From NCBI GenBank assembly GCA_002245135.1, contig NGBS01001191.1, positions 1 to 57,562 of the forward strand: DNA of 57,562 nt, in the 5' to 3' direction. Position 1 is the first letter of the stretch. Each line of letters opens with the position of its first letter. Positions 1 through 14,643 of the stretch are shown one piece after another. The notes under the pieces are model-generated. The model saw only the letters and a program-made list of their open reading frames with translations, had not been told where the DNA came from and did not search any database. The stretch is from Proteromonas lacertae. Lineage: Eukaryota. The translations under genes and the position numbers were made by a program.

Positions 1-3000
1 TTCTTTAATTCATCTTTCTTCTTTTCTATTGTCTTTAACTTCTTATTTAATTCATTTTCTCTTTCACATATTTCTTTCATTTCTTTTTCACTATTTCTTC
101 TTCTTCTCTCTTCATTTCCTTCTTCACCATCTTCTCATCATCATCATCATCACCTCTGTTCATTGATTCATTCATTATTCTCTCATTTAAATCATTCATA
201 TCATTTTCATATTTCTTTAAATCATTATCTAATTCTTCTATTCCTTCTAAATATGATTCTTTCTTATTCATATTCTCTCTTTTACTTTTATCGATTAATT
301 TACATTTGTTTAAGAAGTCATCTTCATCTAATTCATTAAAACTATCATTCAAATTGGAGATATTTTCATTCATCTCATTTAATAACTTCTCATTTTCATT
401 CTTTTTGTTAAATAATTCTTTATCTCTCTTTAAATCTTTCATTTCTTTTTTACATTCACTCAATACATCTTTTATCTCATCTAATTTATTGTCTAATTCA
501 TTATATTTATCACCTTTTTCATCTTCTTACATTTCTTTAATTCATTCACTAATTTGTCACTTTCTTTTAAACCATTCTTTATTCTTTTATCTTTTTCTTT
601 TATTTCTTTCAACAAACTTTCATTTTCCATATAATCTTCATTCTTTGATTTTTTCATTTCTTCTTCCTCTTTATTTATTTCTTCTTCCAATTCTTTTTCA
701 TCCTCTTTCAAAGTATCAAGGTAATTCTCTATATATTTGGTATTTAATTCATCATAATTCTTCATTTTTTCATTCAATTTATTTAATTCTTCTCTCAGAT
801 TTCTAATTCTTCATTAAATCCATTCTTTTCAATGAAGCATCTTCTTCTTCTTTCACCAGTATTTCATTGTCATTCTTTAAATCATTCAATAAATTATTTA
901 CTTCTTTCAATTCTTCTCTAATTTTATTGATTGATTCTTGTTCATTCTTATTATCTCATTCTGTTCATTCACTTCTTCGTCACTCAAAGAGTATAATTCA
1001 TTATTTACATTTTCAATATCTTCTTTTATTACATTCAGTTTATCTTCAATTTCAGCTTCTTTACCTTTAATTCTTCATATTTAGAATCACTCATATTATC
1101 ATTATTATTATTATCTTCTTTTAAATCTTCAGTTTTTCTTTCAATCTTGTTAATTCATTTGTATATTCATTACATTCTTTTTCTAATTCTTCCATCTCTT
1201 TCTTCATCTTTTGTATTTCTTCTTCATTGGATATTGACAGTTTGATTTCTTTCTCTTTCTCCTTAATTCATTCATTCTTTCTTCTATTTCTTTTAATTCA
1301 CTTTCTAAATTCTTTAAACTTTCAACATCACTTGTTTTTATGTTTTTACTCTTCTTTTCTAATTCTTTTTCTAGTTTCATCAACTCATTTTCTATTTCTT
1401 CCATTTCTTTCTTATTTCGATTGTTTATTATCTCATTCTCACTCAAATTCTCATTATTCATTTTATTACTATCTTTTAACTTCATTATTACTTCTTTTGT
1501 TTCATCATTCTTTTCTCTCATTCTTTTCAATTCATGTTGATCTTCTATTGATTTATGTATTAGTTTATTCAATAAGTCATTCTTCATTTCATCTAAATTC
1601 TTCTTCAATAAACTCTTATTCAAATTACATTTCATCATCTTTTCTCTTAATCCTTTTAATTCTTTCAATTTTTCTTCACCTTCATATTTCTTATTGATTT
1701 CTTTTAATTTACTTCGATTCTCTTCACTTTCCTCATTCAATCTATCACAACTATTCACATAACTCATTTTCTTTACATCTTCATCACTTCTTCAATATCA
1801 TCATATATTTTACATTTATCATTAAAATCTTCTTCATCAAATTCATTATACTCATTTTTTCATTTCTTTTAAATCACTTTTCATCTTTTCTAATATTTTA
1901 TCCATATTATTCAGATTATTCTCATTTTTACTACTACACACTCTTTCCATTTCATTTAATAGCAATATGTTATTCTCATTCAATTTATCTTTACATTCTC
2001 CCTAAATGACTCTTTGTTATATTCATTTTATTACTTATTTCTATTAATATGGAATTATCAGCATTTGATCTGTTTCATATCTATCCATTAATTCCTTTTC
2101 TTCTTCTACTTCTTTTTTACATTCATCTAATAATGGTTTTACAAATGATAATATCTCTTTTAATTCTTTTACTTCTTCTTTCTCACACAATTCCTTCATT
2201 CATTCATAATTTTCATATAATTTTCTTTCATTTTTAACTCTTTTTCCACATTTTTCATTTCTTTTTCTAACATCTCTATTTCATTATTCAAATATTCACC
2301 AACTAAACTACTATCATCATTATTTGGTTTTAACATTATTTCAGATATTGTCTTATTTGCTTCTTCTAATTGAGTTGATAAATCTTCTATTTCTTGTTTA
2401 TCATCTTCTATTCGATTATTTGCATTATATAAATCATTTTCTAATGACTGAATCTTTTCTTTATATCTTCTCTAATTCATCATTTATTTCTTCATTCTTT
2501 CTTTCTAATCTATCAACTTCTTCATTCATCATCTCATTTCCATCATTTAATTCATTCAAAGCATTTTTGGCTTTTTCTAATTCTTCCATTATTTTTAGAG
2601 GATCATTTTCTATTAATAAAAACTCATTTGACATATTACACAAAGTGGAATCAATATCATTCAATCTTTCATTTATTTTCTTTTGATTGTTTTTACTTTC
2701 ATTTAATTCTTTCTTACAATTTACATTATCTTCACCAATCTTCAATTCTTCTAGTTTTATCTTTTCATCATTTATCATATCACCAATTTCATTTAACTCA
2801 GCTTCCATTTCATTCAACTTTCTTATTTCTTTCTTCTACTTTCTCTTTATCAGTATTTTCATTCTCTTTTATATTCTCATATTGATCTTTACATTTGTTT
2901 AACTTATCATTGATTTCTTTGTATTTATTTTCTAGTTGTTCTAAGTTATTCTTTTCTTTTATTAATTCTTTCTCTAAATCTATATTATCTTCTAATTCTT

Positions 3001-6000
3001 TAGATTTATCTTTCAATTCTTTCACTTTTCCATCTAATTCATCTAAACCATTTTTGAGATTCTTCAAATTCTCAACTGAGATTTTACTCAAATCATTCTT
3101 TATTGTTTTCTTTATTTCATTTTCTTTTTCACCTAATCTCTTTCCTAAATCTTCTATTTCTACTTCATTAATACGAATCTCTTGATTACATTTGTTGGAA
3201 AACTCATTATCATTATGTGGATCATATTCAAATTCTTTTAATGATTTCTTCTCATCTTCATTTTCTTTCTTCAATTCTTTTCAAATCTTCTTTTATTGTA
3301 GGTATTTCACTTAACATCTTATTGTAAAGATTAGATTTCATTAACTCTAAATTCTTATTCAAATTATTTCTTTTATTGTTTAAATCTTTCAAATCTTTCT
3401 TAATTTCATCATTTCTTTCATCTAATTCTTTTAATCGCAATGCTCTTCGATTTTCACTGGGTGTTCTTGGACTTCTTGGTGTTGTATTTGGAGTTGTATT
3501 AGCAGAATTATAATTTCGATTTATCTCATTTTCTAAGGATTCTAATTCTTTCTTCTTTTCTTCTACTTCTTCGCTTAATTGGTTTATTGCATTTATATAA
3601 CTTTGTTTTTTCTGCTCTTCATCTTTATTTTCATTATCATCATTATCATTATCATCATCATTTCTATACATTTTACATCTATCCAAGAAATCTGGTTCTT
3701 CAAAATCTTCATATTCATTTAACATTCGATTTAAATCATTTGATATTTCATCAGATAATTTATTATTATCTTTTAGTTTATCAACTAAATTATCACTATC
3801 TTTAAGACATTTTATCATATCATTTATTGTTTCAATATCTTCATTACAATTGTTGATTTTTTCTTCAATACCATTTATCTTATTCTCTATATTATCATAT
3901 TTTTCATCTTTTTCATCACTACTATAATCATTTTCATGTTTCTTTAAATCATTTAACATTGATTCACATTCGCTAATTTCAGTTTTTATTTCGTTGTTAG
4001 AATCATTTATGTCATTTAATGAGTTATTTACATTTATTCCATTTTCACTTTTACCTATTTCTTTTTCACTTATTGATTTTAAATCTCTCTTATTTCTTCC
4101 TATTTCTTTTTCTAATTTCTTTTCTTCATTCTTTAAGTCTTTTAATCTTCTTTCTAAACTTTTATAATTCAATTTATCATTCTCATCTTTGGCATTTTCT
4201 AAAGATTTCTGTAAATCTTCTACTTGAATTTTCAATGTTTCCATTTCATCAAAATTACTAATTTCATTTCCATTCATCAAATCTCTTTCACAGTTTCTTA
4301 TATTCTTCTCAGTCTTCAACAATTTACTGTGTAAATCAACTAATATATCACTTCCTGCATTTGGATCAGTTTCATATTTATCAGCCAAATTTCTTTCTTC
4401 TTTCAATTCACTTTCAATTTTCTTTAATTCTTCTCGAATATTCTTATTCTTTTCTTCAATTTCTTTTATTGATACATTCATACTTGAATTATTCTTGTCA
4501 TTTTTATTCTTTAATTCTTCAATCTCTTTTTCATTTTCATCAGCTATTGAAATGATTCGATTATAATCATTTTCTAATATTTCAACTCTTTCACTCAAAT
4601 ATTCATTCAATAATGTTGTATCTAATGAATAATCAGGATTGGATTTTATATCTTTTAGTATTGCTGATGCTTCTTCTACTTCTTTCTTTAATACATCATT
4701 CTCATCTTTTAATGATTCATTTTCATTTAATGCATCATTTAACTCTTTTTCTATTTCTATTATTCTTTCTTTCATCTGTAAATAACCATTTGTATCATCT
4801 AATAGTTTATTCAATGTGTCAGTTTCTACATCAGCCATATTGATTGAATATGTATCTAACTTATGTTTTACTTGTTTTAATTTATCTCTTAATAATGTGT
4901 CATTCTCTTTATTGATTCTTATTGATTCTTTACATTTGTCAGTATCTTCTTCATTGATTGAATTAACACGACGATTTTGATTTTCGATTTCTTTATCTAA
5001 TTTCATTAAATCACCTTCAATATCACATAATTCCATATTTATATCAGTTAGTTCTTCACTTTCTATTGTTTTACTTGATGCTAATTTATTGTATTTTTCT
5101 CGGAATTTTTCACATTGTCTATTACAATCATCATATTCATCATGCATATCACAAATACTCTGTTTCAACAACAATAATTCTTTACTATTATCAATTGAAT
5201 CTTTAATCTCATAAGTTTTATCTTTCAATTCTTTCAATTCATCTTCATTCTCTTTGTTTTCTTTATCTAAATTCTTTAGACTTTCAACTGATATATTTTC
5301 TATTTCTTCATCTTCTAAAGCTTTTAAATTACTCTCTAAATCATCTATTTTACTTTTCAATTCATTCATTTTTGTCTCATTTTCACATAAATTCTCTTGA
5401 TTTCTTTCTATTATTCCTTGATTGCAATTCTCATTATAACTCAATTCTTCATTCTCTTTCTTTAATTCTTCATTCAATTTCATTAAATCTTTCAGCTCAT
5501 TTTCATTATCAGGTATTTGTTTCTGTATTTTTACATATAATTCCTTCTTTATTTGATTTAAAGAATTCTTCAATTCATCATTGTTGCTCTTTATCTCTTG
5601 CATTTTATTCTCTAATTCTCTTTCCTGATTCTGTAATTTATTTATCTCTTCATTATTTTCTTTTTCCTCTTTCTCTTTCAGACTTTCTAAATCATTTCTT
5701 AAATCATCTAATTCTTGTCTTTTCCTTTCTAATTCTTCATTTAATTCATTTAAAGCATTCAAATAACTCTGTTTCTTTGGATCTTCTATTTCATTCTCAT
5801 TCCCATTATTCATTGATTCATCACCACCACCTCTATTTTCATCATTATATAATTTACATTCATCTAAGAAATCATCTTCATCTAATTGTTTGAAATTACT
5901 ATCCATTTCTTTTACATTATTTTCTAATTCATTTTGTAATTGCTCTTTCTTATTCATATCTTCGATTATCTCATTCATTGTGTTTAATCTCTCTATTGAT

Positions 6001-9000
6001 TTATTAACTTCATTCACATCATCATTCTTTATATCATTCAATTCTTTCTCAATCTCTTGTAAATTCTTCAAGATTTCTTGTTGCTTTTCTTTATATTCTT
6101 TCATCTCTTCTTCATTTTCAGGTTTGTTATTCTCTAATTCTTCTAACTTCAACTCATTCTCATTCAATTTATCTTTTATATTTGATAATTTAGATTCGAT
6201 ATTCTTTACATCTTCTTCTAATAAACTGATTTTCTCTGGATCAACAGATGGAGAGGATTTTAATTTGATTAATTCCTCTTTCTTTCTTCTTAAATCATCT
6301 TCCATATCATTCTCTTCTTTCTTTAATTCATCTAATTTCTTTCTCAATTCAGCTGTGCTAGATGGATCAGGATGGAATTCAGCTAATTCTTCTTTCAATT
6401 TTTCTATCTCTTTAATTAATTCATTTACTTTACTTGTTGATATTCCCTTTTCATCTAATACTTTCAATAAATCAAATAATTGGTCTTTTGCTTCATTTGT
6501 TTCATTTAATAATTGATGAATTCTTTTACTCACTTTTGTTATTTCTTCCAAAGTTGTACAATCATTATTAATCATTTCTTCAACTTTTTCTTCTTGTTCT
6601 GATATTTGTGACTTTAAATCATCAAATTTCTTATCAATTTCAACAGATTCATCTAATAATTCATCATATTCATCTTTATTATTATCATCATAACTGTGAG
6701 ACTTCAAATGTTTTAAATTATCACTTATCTTTTGTAATGATGATGTTGAAGTATCAATTGTATTATTCAAACTCTTTAACATGGCTTTCAAATTACTTAC
6801 AGTCTCTAAATATCTAATTGTATTGTTAGCTTTTAATATTGATATTCTAGTACCAGATAATTCCTTTCTAATATCAGCTAATTCTGGTTTAAGTTGTGTA
6901 ATAGAATTTCCATCTTTTTCTGGATCATTTTCAATAGATTCTAATTCATTTACTAAGTATTTAATTCTTTCTTTATATTTCTCTAAATCAGTAATATCTT
7001 TATCTAGAGTATGTTTCAATTGATTCATTTTTTCTTTTGGAATTAATTCTTTTCCATTTTCTTCTTCTTCTTCTTCCTTGTTACTATTACTACTATCAAA
7101 TGTTGAATCTTTCATTTCTTTAACATATACAATACTGTCATTTACAGCTTTTTTAATTGATTCAACTAGTTCTTTAAATGCATTCAAATAATTCATAAAT
7201 TGTTCTTCATCATATACTGAACCAGATGGTAATTCTTGTATATCAAGTATACTTAGTCTCAAATTCTCATTTTCTTCTCTCAAGTTATTAATCTCATTAT
7301 TTGCATTAGTTATTTCACTTTCTATTGCATTTATCTTTTCTCCTTGATGAGCAACCATTTCTTTTAATTTCAATAGTTCAAATAATCTATCTTTAGCTTC
7401 ACCTGTATTTTCAAGTAATTGATGTATTGTATGTGTAATTTTTACATTCTGTTCAGGTGAAACGGTATTATTTTCGATTAAATTGACAATATCATGTTGT
7501 TGTTGTTCAATTTTTTCTTTGATAGTAATAAATTCGCTCATTAATTTAGTAGCTTTAATATCAATTGCATTACCATTTTTATCAGTAACTGGAGCACTTG
7601 ATTCACTTGGATTCATTCCTTCTGTTATCTTTTCCAATGATTTAGTGGAACTATTAACTGAATAATCCAAACTATTCAACATTCCATTCAAATTATTCAA
7701 TATTTCCAAGTGTTTAATTGTATTATTTAGCTTCTCAATATTAGTTTTTGTGTTGGATAAATCATTACTTATATCAGTCAATATTGGCTTTTGTTCAGTG
7801 ATTTTATTACCATTTCTTACTTCAGTATTCTCTATATCATTCAGTGTTTTGTTTAATTCTTCAATTCTGTTCAAATAATTGTTCAAATTATCAGATTCTT
7901 CTTCAATTGATGTAAATAATTCACTAACTTTATCTTTTATTGGATTTTCTTTAACTTCTCGTTTTTCACTACTACCATCATCTAAAATAATCTCTTCTAT
8001 CTTTTCTACTCTTTCTTTCTCTTCCTCTTCTTCTTTTTGTAATTGAGTTTGGAAGGAGTTAATATTCTCTTTCATATCATTCACTTTTGATGAACTATCT
8101 TCAACAGCATTCTTTACTGATTGTACTAAATCTCTAAACGCATTTAAATAATTCATAAATTGTTCATTATCATAAACAGTACCTTCTGGAAGTTCTTTCA
8201 TTTCCAAAATCATCTTGTTTAAATTAGTATTCTCATCTCTCAACTCACTAATATCATTCTTTGCATTGGATAATTCACTCTCTAATTCAGTAATCTTTTC
8301 ATCTTTAGAATCAATCAGTTGGGTTAAGTTTTGCAATTCTTCTTCATTTTCTTTACTTTGAGATTTGGCTTGTTCAAATTCTTCATCTTTTGATTCTAAT
8401 TTCTTGATTATTTCATCTTTTTCATTTTCTAAATCATTAGCTTTGTTTTCAGCTTCTTTTAGCAATTCTTTTAGTTTCTGTAAGTCTTCAGCTTTTTCTT
8501 TCTCTTTTTCTTCATCAATTTCATTCAATTTAGATTCTGTATCTGCTAATTGATTTTCTAATTTCTTTATTTCATCATCATATTGATTTTTAAGTGATTG
8601 TTCAGATTCTTTTGACTTAGCTAACTCTTGTTCTACTTTATCTTTTTCTGTTTGAATATCATTCATCTTCTTTTTCATGTCATTAATTGTGTTTTGGAGG
8701 TTATCTTGAATTTTGGCAAAATCTTTAATTTGTTTATCGGCTTTCATACATAATTTTCTCAGTTTATCTTCTAAATCACTATTAAGATTCTTTAATCTCT
8801 CAATTTCTTCATTCAAATCCTCTATCTCAGTCTGATATTCACTTTCTTTACATTTCAGCATCTGGTTTTCATCTTCTGTATCTTTAAATCTGTTGATTAA
8901 CAGTTTGTTTTGCTCTTCTTTCTGTTCCAATTCGTTTCTGTGATTGGCTTTAGCTTCCTTTAATTCAGCTTTAGCTTGTTGTAATTCAGTCTTTAATTTA

Positions 9001-9197
9001 TTGTTTTGTGCTTTGATCTTTTCTTCTCCTTCAACAATCTGCTCGTTGGTCAATTTTATATGATCAAAAAACATCTTGATGTTGGTGTTCTCTGTTTTCA
9101 AAGCACTTAATGATTCTTGAAGCTCTTCGTTATTCTGTTTTGCTTCTTCATACAAAGAAAGCAAAATCTCTTTGGGAGTCTTAAGATCCACATTCAT
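1..9197 (-). CDS. Giant E/K/N-rich coiled-coil protein (>3000 aa, apparently intronless, runs off the left edge; 3' third broken by frameshifts)
   Basis: A 1979-aa ORF (3258-9197) continues in shifted frames (2810-3274, 2461-2817, 1204-1767, 493-777, 77-463) with the same composition and recurring internal motifs such as DFLDxCKxY...KKxSY. Confidence 0.75.
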
Positions 9198-9323
9198 AAT
9201 TATAACTGATTACAAATAAGATTATTAAAAAACGGCTAGATATTCTAAAAAAGATTAAGATGAAAATAAAAAACATATACAAACTAAAATAATACAATTT
9301 CTATACAACATTTAAGTTAATTA

Positions 9324-11129
9324 CTACAAGAAATAGATGATTGTTAAAATGACAAGAATTATACAATCAGAATTAAAAATACTGCTATTATTATCTAAAG
9401 CACTGGTTGGTTTAATACTTGGTCTTAGTGTTGGTCTAGAAGTTGGTTTAGGAATTGGATTTTTTGTTGGAGGATTAATAGATGTTGGTTTTGGTGTAAT
9501 TGGAGGTTTAGATGGTGGAAGTGTTGTTGGTGGATTATATGTAGGTATAACTTCAGGAATATCATAATCTTCAATAGAAACATCACCAATAAAAGCAGGA
9601 TAATTGAATGAAGTAAAAGTGAAATAACTCAAAGAATCTATTTCATCTCCCTTTAAAACATACAAAATCATTGTATTATTATCAAATTCATTTCCATAAC
9701 CACATGAAATAACTAAATTATTACTCTTTGTATAAGTATAACACCACATTTCAGAATTACTCTTTGAACAAACTTGATTTTCAGTTGGAAGAGTAATAAT
9801 ATCTTCACAACTGAATAATCCACAAGATCTGAGTTTAATTGAAGTATCAGAATTAGCTGCAAATATAATTTCATAATAACTCAAAAACAAAATATTTGAA
9901 GCAAATGCAATAGTAGTATCATCCACACATTTAACATTAAATGTTAAAGCAAGAACATTATCATTAAAAGCACACCATTGGCTATATTTATACATATAAA
10001 TTGACATTGGAAAGGTAATATTATAATTCTTAATATAACTCTTTCTCAAATCAGCAACATGAACAAAGAAGAATGCTAATTGATTATCAATAGTCCAAAA
10101 TATCTTAGCAGACATAACTGTACAAAAACCTCTAAATCTTGGATATAATTCTAAATACAATGTATCCCAAGGCCAAGGCATTTTAAATGATTTTAAAGAA
10201 CATGCATAACTAATATTAAATCCAGTATATAACATAGATTGCTTTGCTGCTCTTGAAAAGTGAATTGTAACAGAAAATGGAGCTGTATCTGGATAGTAAT
10301 CACCACTAACACTTACAGAAAATTGTTTATCATCTTTTGTAAAATCTTCTACAGTAACATCAACTTTTCCATTTATATTAGTTGGAGCTAAGAATGAGAA
10401 ATAATTAAACTTTATTGGTTTAGGATCTAGCAATAGAATTGATTCAGTAAATGAATCTAAATTATCTAAACTAATTTGACCAAGTATTGAATCAGTTATT
10501 TGCATTCTTTGCATTCTTTTTGTACTCATTGTAACTGGTGATAATAAATATCCAGATGATAATGTTTTAACTCCATTTTCTAATTTATATATTTCAGATG
10601 TTTCTGTTGTTATATTAACAATATACATTCTATCACTCATTCCTTTCTCTGGACTTAAACCAATCAGTAAACCTTCTCCTTTCGCTCTAATCATTAACAC
10701 TCTGTTAAACATCAATTCAGGTATATAAAAACAATCATACCAAAATAAGAACTCATTACTCATTGGAGTTAAATGCAGTTCTGTAAAGAGTGAATCATAT
10801 GTTATAATAAGGGCATTTGATTGTGAAGATATTTCACCACCTACTGTTGTACCAGCACCTGTATCGATGTATATATTACTTGTTTCTGTGCTCTTCAGTG
10901 GATATAAATCGAGAGTGTATGTAGAGTTATTTATGCTTAATAAATTATTTACTACACCATTTGTTAATTTAATAAAACTATCTTCAAGAGTTATTACACT
11001 CTTCGAAAATGTTACAGTAATAAAAACTGGCAATATTTTGACCTGATTACTAGCTGATGTGGTAAGTGTAACAGTAACATCAGCAGAAACGATTGAAAAC
11101 GCCAGGAAAAGATAAAAACAGATAAACAT
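9324..11129 (-). CDS. Putative GPI-anchored surface protein: signal peptide, bacterial Ig-like domain(s), farnesoic-acid O-methyltransferase-like domain(s), Pro/Thr stalk
   Basis: Intact intronless 601-aa ORF. Hydrophobic N-terminus; VTFSKSV..LTNG.V Ig-like motif; FNVKC..IAF...YEIIF..NSDTSIKLR motif; PPT/PKPT-rich stalk; hydrophobic C-terminus with no cytosolic tail. Domain names are from motif recognition only. Confidence 0.6.
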   Translation of the reverse strand: MFICFYLFLAFSIVSADVTVTLTTSASNQVKILPVFITVTFSKSVITLEDSFIKLTNGVVNNLLSINNSTYTLDLYPLKSTETSNIYIDTGAGTTVGGEISSQSNALIITYDSLFTELHLTPMSNEFLFWYDCFYIPELMFNRVLMIRAKGEGLLIGLSPEKGMSDRMYIVNITTETSEIYKLENGVKTLSSGYLLSPVTMSTKRMQRMQITDSILGQISLDNLDSFTESILLLDPKPIKFNYFSFLAPTNINGKVDVTVEDFTKDDKQFSVSVSGDYYPDTAPFSVTIHFSRAAKQSMLYTGFNISYACSLKSFKMPWPWDTLYLELYPRFRGFCTVMSAKIFWTIDNQLAFFFVHVADLRKSYIKNYNITFPMSIYMYKYSQWCAFNDNVLALTFNVKCVDDTTIAFASNILFLSYYEIIFAANSDTSIKLRSCGLFSCEDIITLPTENQVCSKSNSEMWCYTYTKSNNLVISCGYGNEFDNNTMILYVLKGDEIDSLSYFTFTSFNYPAFIGDVSIEDYDIPEVIPTYNPPTTLPPSKPPITPKPTSINPPTKNPIPKPTSRPTLRPSIKPTSALDNNSSIFNSDCIILVILTIIYFL

Positions 11130-11181
11130 AAAATGGTAAGTTATACTAAAACGGGTATAATTTTCGAAATGAATAAGAGAG

Positions 11182-11219
11182 GTTTGATTAGCTTGTTTGA
11201 AAACAAGCCTAAATCAAAC
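11182..11219. repeat. Imperfect inverted repeat in the divergent promoter between the surface-protein gene and MCM4
   Basis: GTTTGATT-A-GCTTGTT-TGAA-AACAAGC-CTA-AATCAAAC. Confidence 0.7.
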
Positions 11220-11234
11220 ATTAATTTCATTAAA

Positions 11235-13725
11235 ATGTCTCAATCTTCAGGTATTCTACACTATTATAATGCCTAGCACAATCACCGACCACCATCTCAG
11301 ATTATAGGCACTCCTACTAGTTCAGTTCAGCCATCTCCTTTTAGAAATATATCAAGTTCACCTTTTAGACCAGAATTGGGTAGAGGAAGTCATTTTACTC
11401 CATCTAGATTGTATTTTTTGCATTATATTATTAAAATGAAATAGAAATGTTCCAAGTAGTCCAGCAAAGCAACTCTCGTCCTGAAAGTGAGCAAGGTGGA
11501 ACAAGTGAAACACTCATCTGGGGTACTAATGTCAATGTACAAGATGTAATTGATTTAATAAAGTCATTTCTTCGTAATTTTAACCCTTCCAATTACCAAC
11601 AAGTAGATAATGATGATGAAGGCTATTATATTAAAAAAATAAAAGAGTTAGCAATAGTTCACAAATATAAATTGAATGTTGATTGTAGTGATTTGTTAGA
11701 TTATGAGCCAACTAAGCAATTATATAACCAACTAGTGAATTATCCCCAAGATATAGTTAGTTTAATGGATTTTGCAGTAACTCAACTGTATAATGAGATA
11801 ATGTCAACATCTGATATACTTCAAAGCACTACAACGTCAGAAAATCAACAACAAGGAATTTTATCACCATCATTTCAAGTACGACCATTTCATTTAAAGA
11901 AATGTCATAAAATGAGAGAATTAGATCCAGTCGATATAGATACATTAATATCAATAAAAGGAATGATCATAAGATGTAGTTCAATAATACCTGATTTATC
12001 AACTGGTTACTTTAGATGTAGTAATTGCAAACAAGGCAAAATAGAAGCAATTGATAGAGGTAGAATTACAGAACCAATTGAATGTTCAAATTGTAAATCT
12101 AAAGTATTATATATATATTTATTTATTTATTCTATAAATAGCATTCATTCGAATTGATCCATAATAGATGTACATTCTCTAATAAGCAGTTTGTTAAAAT
12201 GCAAGAAGATCCTGAACTAATACCTGATGGAGAAACACCTCAAACAATTATATTATACACATTTGAAGAGTTGATTGATGTAGCAAGACCAGGTGATAGA
12301 GTAGAAGTATATATATATATATATTAATATATATTATTATTATTATATAGATTACTGGTATATTAAGAGCAGTACCAACCAGAGTAAATCCACGTCAAAG
12401 AACTGTCCGTAGTATATATCGAACCTATATTGATGTATTACATATCCAAAAGATTGATAAAGGAAGAATGAGTAATGAAGATGCTAATGAAATAGACGCA
12501 GATAAGTGAATATTATACAGCATTTGATGAAACAAATGAAACATCTTCCTTAAAAGATCAAGAAGTAAGACAATTCAATGATATGGCAAAATCACCAACA
12601 ATTTATGATGATTTAGTTAAATCATTTGCACCTTCCATATGGGAGATGGAAGATGTAAAGAAAGGATTATTATGTATGATGTTAGGTGGATCAACACTTA
12701 AGCCAACTCATCAAAAATCATTGCCTTCTTTAAGAGGTGAAATTAATATATTACTTTGTGGTGATCCTGGTTTAAGCAAGAGTCAATTATTGAAATATGT
12801 TCATGACATTAGTGCAAGAGGTATTTATACAAGTGGTAAAGGAAGTAGTGCTGTTGGTTTAACCGCTTATATCACCAAAGATCCTGATACAAATGAATTA
12901 GTATTAGAAAGTGGTGCTTTAGTATTGAGTGATAGAGGTATTTGCTGTATTGATGAATTTGATAAAATGACTGATTCTGCAAGATCTACATTACATGAAG
13001 TGATGGAACAACAGACAATATCTATTGCTAAAGCAGGTATAATCTGTACATTAAACGCTAGAACATCAATATTAGCAGCTGCTAATCCTATTAATTCAAG
13101 ATATGATCCTAAATTGAGTGTTGTACAGAATTTACAATTACCACCTTCTTTATTAAGTAGATTTGATTTGATATATTTGTTATTGGATAAACCTAGTAGT
13201 GAGAATGATGAGAAATTAGCAAAACATTTAGTATCACTCTATTATCCACCTGAAATAAGAGAACATTCTAATAGACACAATGTTCCTTATACTCAAGAAA
13301 CTTTAACAAAATTCATATCTTATGCTAGAAAGAATATTCATCCAAAACTTAGTGAAGAATCAGTGAAACTATTATCTGAAAATTATGTTAAAATGAGAAA
13401 TGGTAGTAATAGTTTAGGTAAAGGTAAAACAATTACTGCTACACCAAGACAATTAGAGTCAATGATAAGAATATCAGAAGCATTAGCAAAGATGAGATTT
13501 AGTGAAACTGTTGATCCAGAAGATGTGATTGAAGCTGTTAGATTGTTGAATGTTTCTACTCAAAAGGTATATATATATATATATTTATATATTTATATTT
13601 ATTGTTATATATAGTCTGCAACTGATAATGTCACTGGTGTTATTGATATGGATGGAATTACTACTAATTATAGTACAAGAGAAAGACAAGAGATTATAAA
13701 TGAAGAGAATGAATTAGAAGACTAA
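11235..13725 (+). CDS. MCM4: DNA replication licensing factor MCM4 (about 5 GT-AG introns, some apparent 1-nt indels)
   Basis: LIWGTNV, zinc finger CSNC...CSNC, GDPGLSKSQ Walker A, IDEFDK Walker B, SRFD arginine finger, ITATPRQLESMIRISEA, SATD..TG.IDMD. Confidence 0.93.
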
Positions 13726-13760
13726 AGAATAATACATAAATTTCTATTTTAAATGTTTGT

Positions 13761-13776
13761 GGTGCTTAAAAACACC
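13761..13776 (-). terminator. Histone mRNA 3' stem-loop
   Basis: Minus strand reads AAATCA GGTGTT-TTTA-AGCACC ACAAAC: a 6-bp stem (one G-U pair) with a 4-nt U-rich loop, about 34 nt after the H3 stop. Confidence 0.8.
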
Positions 13777-13809
13777 TGATTTAAACTCATAAAACAAGAT
13801 TTAACTCAT

Positions 13810-14400
<591 letters not shown>

Positions 14401-14643
14401 TCATATAGTAATATTATGAATGTAGATGGCTTTGATATTTATTTTACTACCCATGTAGGAAGTTTTTAATTCCAATAAGTTTGATATAAGTAATTATGTT
14501 GAGTTTTAACTTCAATAACATATAATTTAGTTTTAGATTAATATAACTGTTATAATATATCCAATTATACTGAAGAAGCTCTTTTTAAAAATCTCAAAAA
14601 TATATCCGTTTCTTTGATTATCGTTTTTTGTTTTTTGAACATA

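Noticed and set aside
306..8553. Many plus-strand F/S/L-rich ORFs
   Set aside because: These are antisense shadows of the E/K/N-rich coiled-coil gene.
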